Shown piece by piece: positions 58,531 through 64,000 of a stretch of DNA of 64,000 nt. Each line of letters begins with the position of its first letter. Positions within the stretch are counted from its first letter, which is position 1. The stretch spans positions 1,536,001 through 1,600,000 of the forward strand of contig CAWAIF010000003.1 in NCBI GenBank assembly GCA_963782055.1, written 5' to 3'. Source of the stretch: an uncultured delta proteobacterium. GTDB lineage: Bacteria > Myxococcota_A > Polyangia > Polyangiales > Polyangiaceae. The notes under the pieces were generated by a model that was not told where the DNA came from, searched no databases, and was given only the letters and a program-made list of their open reading frames with translations. The position numbers were made by a program, and so were the translations under genes.

Positions 58531-60423
58531 CTACTCCGCCACCGCGGCGGGCGCGCCCGGCGCGGGCGCCGTGTCCGGCGCGCGCAGCGCGTCCGCCAGG
58601 AGCTCGCGGTAGGGCGCGCACGTGGCGCGGAGCTCCTCGTGCGTCCCGCGGGCGACGATGCGACCGCCGTCGAGCAGCACGTTGAAGGTGGCGTCGAGCA
58701 GGTGGGGCGCGTGCGTCACGACGATGCAGGTGCGGCCCGAGGCCGCGGCCTTCACCCGGCGCAGGAGCGCCTCGGCGTCGGCGCTCGGGAGGGCCGCCTC
58801 CGGCTCGTCGAGCAGGAGCACAGGGGGCTTGCGCAGCACCATGCGAGCCAGGGCGAGACGGCGGATCTCCCCGCCGGAGAGGTTGCTCTGCGCGGCGCGG
58901 AAGGAGTAGTCGAGGTCGCGCTCGCTCCCCGTCCCGAACTGCCCGTCCAGGCCGGCGACGCGCAGCGCCTCCTCCAGCTCGGTGTCGTCCGGTGTACGGT
59001 CCAGCCCGAGCGTGAGGTTCTCGCGCAGGGAGCGGTCGAGCAGCGCCGAGTGCTGACCCAGCACGCCGAAGACGCGCGGAAGGTCGTCGGGCTCGAGGTC
59101 ACGAACGTCGACGCCGTCCACCGTGATCGCCCCCGCCGTCGGGTCGACGCCGCGGAGCAGCAAGCGGAGGAGGGTGGACTTGCCCGAGCCGCTCTTGCCG
59201 CAGATGCCCACGACGGCGCCGGCCGGGATGTCGAGCGTGACGCCGTCGAGCTGCGGCTTCGGCGATCCCTCGAAGGCGAAGCTCACCGCGTCGAAGCGCA
59301 CGTCGCCGCGCAGGGCGGCGGGGTCGGCGTGGCGCGCGCCCTCGCGGCGCGGCGGCGAGGCGGGCAGGGAGAGCACGCGCGCGCTGGCCTCCAGCATCGG
59401 GCGGCGCTCGGTGAAGCCGATGCGCAGGCCGTCCAGGCCGTCGAGGCGCGCCATGAGGAGGGGCACGAGCAGCACCAGCTTGGCCACGACGCCCGGCGGC
59501 ATCTGTCCGTGCGCGCCGTGGACGCTCTGCAGCACGAGCACGACGAGCAGCGGCGAGAGCGCGGTGAAGGCGCTCTTGATCTGGCCGGTGGAGGCGAGGG
59601 CTGCGGCGTGTCTGGACCGGCCGTCCGCGCACTCCTGGGCGACCTCCGCGAACTCGTCGACCGCCGCGTCGCGCGCGCCGAGCAGCCGGAGCTCCTCGCT
59701 TCGCTCGAGCGTCTCCCCGAGGCGCCCGAACAGCGCGGCGTCGGCGTGCTGCATGGAGGCGTAGGCGGCCGACACGCGCCGGATCGCGCGCTGCGAGAGC
59801 AGCCGTGACAGGACGAAGATGGCGACCCCTCCGCCGAGCGCGAGCCACGCCCCCGACGCGACGAGGTCGTAGCCCAGCACGGCGAGGCTGAAGACGATCT
59901 GCGGCAGGTTGGCCAGCGCCGCGACGAGGAACTCGGCGACCCCGGGCGCGGTGCTCGCGATGGTCACCCGCACCAGGTCCGCTCCCCGCGCGCCCGGGCG
60001 GCCGCGCGGCGTCCTGGACGCCGCGGGAGCAAGGCGCTCGCGATCGGCGGCGGAGGCGCGGAGCGCCGCCCGGAGCATCGCCACCCGGAGCGCCGCGGCG
60101 ACGCGTGCCCCCAGCGTGGTCGAGAGGCGCATGGAGTACATCGTGAGGCCGACGGAGACGAGCGTGGCCAGCACCGCCGCGCCCACGGCCGCCGCGGGGC
60201 CCCCGACGTGGAGCCAGTCGGCGAAGGCGCCGCTCAGGCCGTGCCCCTCTCGCGCCGGCGCGCCCGGCGTCATCACCGCGTCGATGGCGGTCCCGACGAG
60301 CGCCGGCGAGACGCTGGAGGCAGACCCCGCAAGGGCCGCGACCCCGACGATGCCGAGCGCGCCGAGCGCGAGCTTGCCCCGGAAATCAGCCGCCGCGCGG
60401 GTGACGATGAGTCGTAAGGTCAC
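58531..60423 (-). CDS. ABC exporter, fused TMD + NBD
   Basis: Several TMs, GKSGSGKST, LSGGE, LLLDE and VTH. No C39 peptidase domain. Start approximate. Confidence 0.88.
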   Translation of the reverse strand: MTLRLIVTRAAADFRGKLALGALGIVGVAALAGSASSVSPALVGTAIDAVMTPGAPAREGHGLSGAFADWLHVGGPAAAVGAAVLATLVSVGLTMYSMRLSTTLGARVAAALRVAMLRAALRASAADRERLAPAASRTPRGRPGARGADLVRVTIASTAPGVAEFLVAALANLPQIVFSLAVLGYDLVASGAWLALGGGVAIFVLSRLLSQRAIRRVSAAYASMQHADAALFGRLGETLERSEELRLLGARDAAVDEFAEVAQECADGRSRHAAALASTGQIKSAFTALSPLLVVLVLQSVHGAHGQMPPGVVAKLVLLVPLLMARLDGLDGLRIGFTERRPMLEASARVLSLPASPPRREGARHADPAALRGDVRFDAVSFAFEGSPKPQLDGVTLDIPAGAVVGICGKSGSGKSTLLRLLLRGVDPTAGAITVDGVDVRDLEPDDLPRVFGVLGQHSALLDRSLRENLTLGLDRTPDDTELEEALRVAGLDGQFGTGSERDLDYSFRAAQSNLSGGEIRRLALARMVLRKPPVLLLDEPEAALPSADAEALLRRVKAAASGRTCIVVTHAPHLLDATFNVLLDGGRIVARGTHEELRATCAPYRELLADALRAPDTAPAPGAPAAVAE

Positions 60424-60540
60424 AAGAGTCCTGCCCAGAGCCCTCGGGCCGTCGGTGACCGCGCACCACAAAGCCTCTCGCGATGCGCTCGCGACCGATG
60501 GTAACCTATCCAGTCCTTGTCTGCTGGAGGAGCGAAGACA

Positions 60541-60864
60541 ATGAGCGAGGACACGTCTCCCATCTTGGTGGTCCCCTTGCCTGGAGGGCGCGTCGCGCGC
60601 GTCCCCCTGGCCGAGCTCGAGCGGTTCGTCGCGGCCGGCGCGAAGCTCTCGCACACCGGCGAAGAGGAGGCGGCGGCGACCGACCCGGACGGGGACGTGA
60701 CGGCGCACCACCTCAACGTGGACGCCTCCACCGGCACGAGCACCTGGCATACCGACTACGAGTACGGCCCGTGCAGCTATACGGACGAATCCGGCTTTCC
60801 GCACTACGGCTTCGCGTGGCACTGCCACCCCACCGGCAGCGAGTACGCCGAGGTCCTTCGCTGA
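60541..60864 (+). CDS. Small precursor-like protein (107 aa)
   Basis: GGAGGAG RBS and coding-like codon use. Acidic linker ...DPDGDVTAH precedes a His/Tyr/Trp/Cys-rich C-terminal half. Confidence 0.75.
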   Translation: MSEDTSPILVVPLPGGRVARVPLAELERFVAAGAKLSHTGEEEAAATDPDGDVTAHHLNVDASTGTSTWHTDYEYGPCSYTDESGFPHYGFAWHCHPTGSEYAEVLR

Positions 60865-60865
60865 C

Positions 60866-62044
60866 ATGAACGCGGCCAGAACTCTCGCCTCCGGCGCGGC
60901 GCTCGCCACGTTCGTCGCGGCTGGTCCCGGGTGTCTCTCGACCGTCCACCCGCTCGACCAGGCGGGGACGGTCCAGATCTACTCCGACGTCAGCGGGCCG
61001 CTCTTCGCCGCCACGCCCGGCGGGTCGACGCGCCAGCGGTACTCCGAGAACGTGACGCTGGAGCTGACCGAGGACGGGCAGCCCGCGCACAACGCCTTCG
61101 TCGACGTGAAGGTGTCCTCGGCCGCGCTGACGCTCCATGCCACCGACGACACCTGCAAGTTCGACGGCGGCTTCTTCCGCTGCTCCGCCGACGCGCAGGG
61201 GTTCGCCTACTTCCGGGTGGAGGCCGCGTCCAACTGGTCCACCACCGACCCGGCGAAGGTGGAGGCCACCTGGTCGGACAGGTCCGCGACGCTGAATGTC
61301 ACCGTGTTCCCGCCGGGCCTGCCGTCCAACGTGACCGCGTTCTCGCTGAGCGTGGGAGGCCTCGCGGCCGACCAGCACGTGCCCCCGACCTTCGCTCCCT
61401 TCTCGTGCACGTACAAGCCGGCGGACCCGCAGGCCCCCTGGTCGGCGAAGCCGCGCTCGAGGCAGGTCGTCGTCCACGCGGTTGCCGCCGCCGGCGATCC
61501 CGACGTCCTCACCAACGCGCCCGTCGTACTCCAGTCGCCGAGCACCGACGTCCAGTTCTCCACGGCGCCCGATTGCACGCAGCGGTCGTCGCAGCTCACG
61601 GTCTTGCTCGACGCGGCAGGTAGCTCGTCCCCCGCCTACGCGTGCTTCAGCGATCTCGGCGGGACCGTCGAGATCCAGGCGGTCTCCGGCGAGGTGGCGG
61701 CGACCGCGTCGTCGAAGCAGCAGGTCATCGTCGACGCCGAGCCGTACTTCCTGGGCGTCACCGCCATCAACCCGGTGGCGCACGTCGATCAATCGAACAA
61801 CCTGTTCCAGATCGAGGCGCGCGACGCTCTCGGTCAGCGGCTCGCCCTCTCCGTCGGCGTGTCGGCGGCCGGCACCGGATCGATCTCTCTCTCCCAGGCC
61901 ACCTACAAGCTCGCCGACGAATCCGCCGACCCCACCGTCGTGACCGCGATCCCCAAGACCACCGGCGCGGTCCACCTCCACGTCGCGCCGTCGCTCGCGC
62001 CCAGCCTGGGCTGCGACTCCCCAGACATCGACATCCAACCGTGA
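60866..62044 (+). CDS. Hypothetical beta-rich (Ig-like) lipoprotein
   Basis: GPGC lipobox-like motif and Thr/Ser/Val-rich strands. Starts 1 nt after the previous stop. Confidence 0.7.
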   Translation: MNAARTLASGAALATFVAAGPGCLSTVHPLDQAGTVQIYSDVSGPLFAATPGGSTRQRYSENVTLELTEDGQPAHNAFVDVKVSSAALTLHATDDTCKFDGGFFRCSADAQGFAYFRVEAASNWSTTDPAKVEATWSDRSATLNVTVFPPGLPSNVTAFSLSVGGLAADQHVPPTFAPFSCTYKPADPQAPWSAKPRSRQVVVHAVAAAGDPDVLTNAPVVLQSPSTDVQFSTAPDCTQRSSQLTVLLDAAGSSSPAYACFSDLGGTVEIQAVSGEVAATASSKQQVIVDAEPYFLGVTAINPVAHVDQSNNLFQIEARDALGQRLALSVGVSAAGTGSISLSQATYKLADESADPTVVTAIPKTTGAVHLHVAPSLAPSLGCDSPDIDIQP

Positions 62045-64000
62045 TTTCCAGAACACTCCTTCGAAGCCTCCTCGCCTGCACCGTCGGCCTGGCCGCCGTG
62101 GTGTGGTCTCCGGCCCGCGCGCGCGCGCAGTCCCAGCCCGCGGCGGCGGTTCGCGTCGAGGCCGGCGCGGACGTGCACGTCGCCGCCGGCATCAAGACGG
62201 ACGCCACGCCGATGACGGTGGTCACCACGGGCGCGGCGCCTCCCTCGGCGACGTCCGCACCGGTGGAGATCTTCCCCCTCGCCGCGCACGCGTGGCTCCA
62301 CACGCTCGATCTCGGCGACGCCGACTACAAGCGCATCGACGCCGCGCGCAGGAGCCTCCCCGGCTCGTGGTTCTGTCGCACGCCGGCCGGGGCCGCCGCC
62401 TGCTCCGCGCAGGGGCACGTGGGCCCCGCGGAGGGCTACGACGACGCGATCCTCCTCTCCATCCGCCACATGCTCCCCTGGGCGGCGAGCGCGATCACCG
62501 TGTACAACCGGCGGCAAGGTCTGCTCTACGATCCCCGGCTGGTCGGCCACGCGGTGAACAACCTCTCCCGCTGGAAGGGGGAGGGGATCCCGCGCCCGGC
62601 GCCGCCGCCCATGCCCGCGCCGCCGCGCGCGCACGCCGGAAAGCAGGACGTGTGTCCGCCGGTGCCGATGCCGTCGCTCCCGCCGAGCGACGGCGAGCTG
62701 CAGCTCGTCTTCCGCTGGCCCACGCCGGCCGAGACTGGCGACTTCCGGTACATCGCGGTGGTGGACGAGTGCAACAACGCGGTCGTGACCCGCTTCGCGC
62801 GGCAGTTCTACGTCCCGGCGGAGGTGGAGGCGACCGACAGCTGCACGGCGGCCGGCGTAGGCCGTGGCCCGCTCAAGCTGCTGCGCGGCGGCACGACCCT
62901 CCACGTCACCGCGTTCAACCTCGACGCGCCGACACGCGGCAACGTCCTGTCGTCCACGTACCGCGTGACCGTCCCGAACATGGAGACCGACGCCGACGGT
63001 CACCCCGCGCCGGTGCTCGTGCCGGACTTCTCGCGGGACGACCTGCGCCTCGACTGCAGCGCCACGGAGGCGCCGAAGGCGAAGCCGAAGCCCGCGAGCG
63101 ACAAGTGCCCCGCGGGCCCGCCGCCGCGCGCCGGTCACGCCATGGCCGACGAGTCCTTCGTCATCGGGCCGGAGCCGCTGCGCACCGGGCGGTGCCGCAT
63201 CGTCTTCGACTCGCCGAGGATCTCCCGCCTCTCCGGCGCGCCGCTGCTCCTGCACGTCACGCTGGAGCGCGTGGACGTCGCGGCCGACGCGGGCAACCGC
63301 GGCCTCGTCCACGCCTCGTGGCTGGTCTCGCCCGGGCCGGGGCGGTCCTTCGTGCTGCCGCCGCTCGGGGCGATCGAAGGCGACTCCCGGCTGCGCCTGA
63401 CGGTGTCGTCGGACCCGGCCGGCGCCTCCGGGAAGGCCATCGTCTTCACCGACGCGCTGCGCGGCGTGAAGCACGCGACGGGCACCACCGCCAGCGGCTT
63501 CCGCCGGGACATCGCCTCTTCCACGATCACCACCGCGGCGCTCTGCGGCGGGTGGGACTTCCGCACCATCGAGGAGACCGGCTCCTGCTTCCGCGCCTAC
63601 ATCACGGTGCCGGTGATGCTCGCGACGTTCCAGATGACGCGCGCGCCCTGGGAAGAGAAGCCCATCATCGACCCCTCGGTGCCAGGTGGCATCGGCGTGG
63701 CCCTCGCGTTCGACCGCTACGACCCGGCGAAGCAGCAGGCGTTCCCGCTCTCCTTGCAGATCGGCGGCGCCTTCGAGAAGCTGACCGACAGCAAGAACGG
63801 CATCCTCGCCTACGTCGGGTTGATGCCCTCGCTGCCCGTCCTCGGCAAGGGGGGCACGACGACGTCCATCGGCCTGCTCGCCGGGCTAGGGCTCACCTAC
63901 ATCATGGACTCCGCCGGCCCCAACGAGGGCTTCAAGCCGGCGCTCTTCGTCGCGGTGGTGATCGGCACAGGCCAGTTCGTCCTCAAGGCGACCGGCGCGA
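62041..64000 (+). CDS. Large secreted hypothetical protein (partial, runs off the window)
   Basis: GTGA overlap and signal peptide (VISRTLLRSLLACTVGLAAVVWSPARARA). No in-frame stop seen to the window end. Confidence 0.7.
   Translation, partial: MISRTLLRSLLACTVGLAAVVWSPARARAQSQPAAAVRVEAGADVHVAAGIKTDATPMTVVTTGAAPPSATSAPVEIFPLAAHAWLHTLDLGDADYKRIDAARRSLPGSWFCRTPAGAAACSAQGHVGPAEGYDDAILLSIRHMLPWAASAITVYNRRQGLLYDPRLVGHAVNNLSRWKGEGIPRPAPPPMPAPPRAHAGKQDVCPPVPMPSLPPSDGELQLVFRWPTPAETGDFRYIAVVDECNNAVVTRFARQFYVPAEVEATDSCTAAGVGRGPLKLLRGGTTLHVTAFNLDAPTRGNVLSSTYRVTVPNMETDADGHPAPVLVPDFSRDDLRLDCSATEAPKAKPKPASDKCPAGPPPRAGHAMADESFVIGPEPLRTGRCRIVFDSPRISRLSGAPLLLHVTLERVDVAADAGNRGLVHASWLVSPGPGRSFVLPPLGAIEGDSRLRLTVSSDPAGASGKAIVFTDALRGVKHATGTTASGFRRDIASSTITTAALCGGWDFRTIEETGSCFRAYITVPVMLATFQMTRAPWEEKPIIDPSVPGGIGVALAFDRYDPAKQQAFPLSLQIGGAFEKLTDSKNGILAYVGLMPSLPVLGKGGTTTSIGLLAGLGLTYIMDSAGPNEGFKPALFVAVVIGTGQFVLKATGA

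Noticed and set aside
55303..60864. Calling the S8/ABC/peptide locus a lanthipeptide or other known RiPP cluster
   Set aside because: No LanB/C/M, YcaO, radical SAM or other maturase is adjacent. It is kept only as an unclassified candidate system.

Overview
A GC-rich bacterial chromosome segment. Gene content suggests a myxobacterium of the Polyangiaceae/Labilithrix type (inference from the many Cys-rich 'DAG'-linker lipoproteins, a Ser/Thr kinase, sigma-54 promoters and an E1alpha/E1beta pair without E2). It holds about 55 protein-coding genes. I saw no rRNA, tRNA, CRISPR array, transposase or integrase. Recognisable modules include a 2-oxoacid dehydrogenase E1 pair, a Czc-like heavy-metal RND system with porin and two-component regulator, three rhodanese-type proteins, Uup, and a REC-PP2C/STAS pair. 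The two best candidates for an undescribed system are: (1) 55.3-60.9 kb, a tightly packed ABC exporter / GAF-like protein / signal-less S8 protease / TPR operon divergent from a small precursor-like peptide gene; and (2) 27.0-31.1 kb, a double methyltransferase whose EgtD-like domain appears to lack the histidine-binding Glu, coupled to a betaine-type ABC transporter. Also noted: a tandem cassette of 14-Cys lipoprotein paralogues, a diheme cytochrome c-rhodanese fusion, a junction of two 5'-truncated genes, a frameshifted kinase and frequent leaderless-type starts. All calls come from reading motifs by eye; no database searches were run and many start codons are best estimates.
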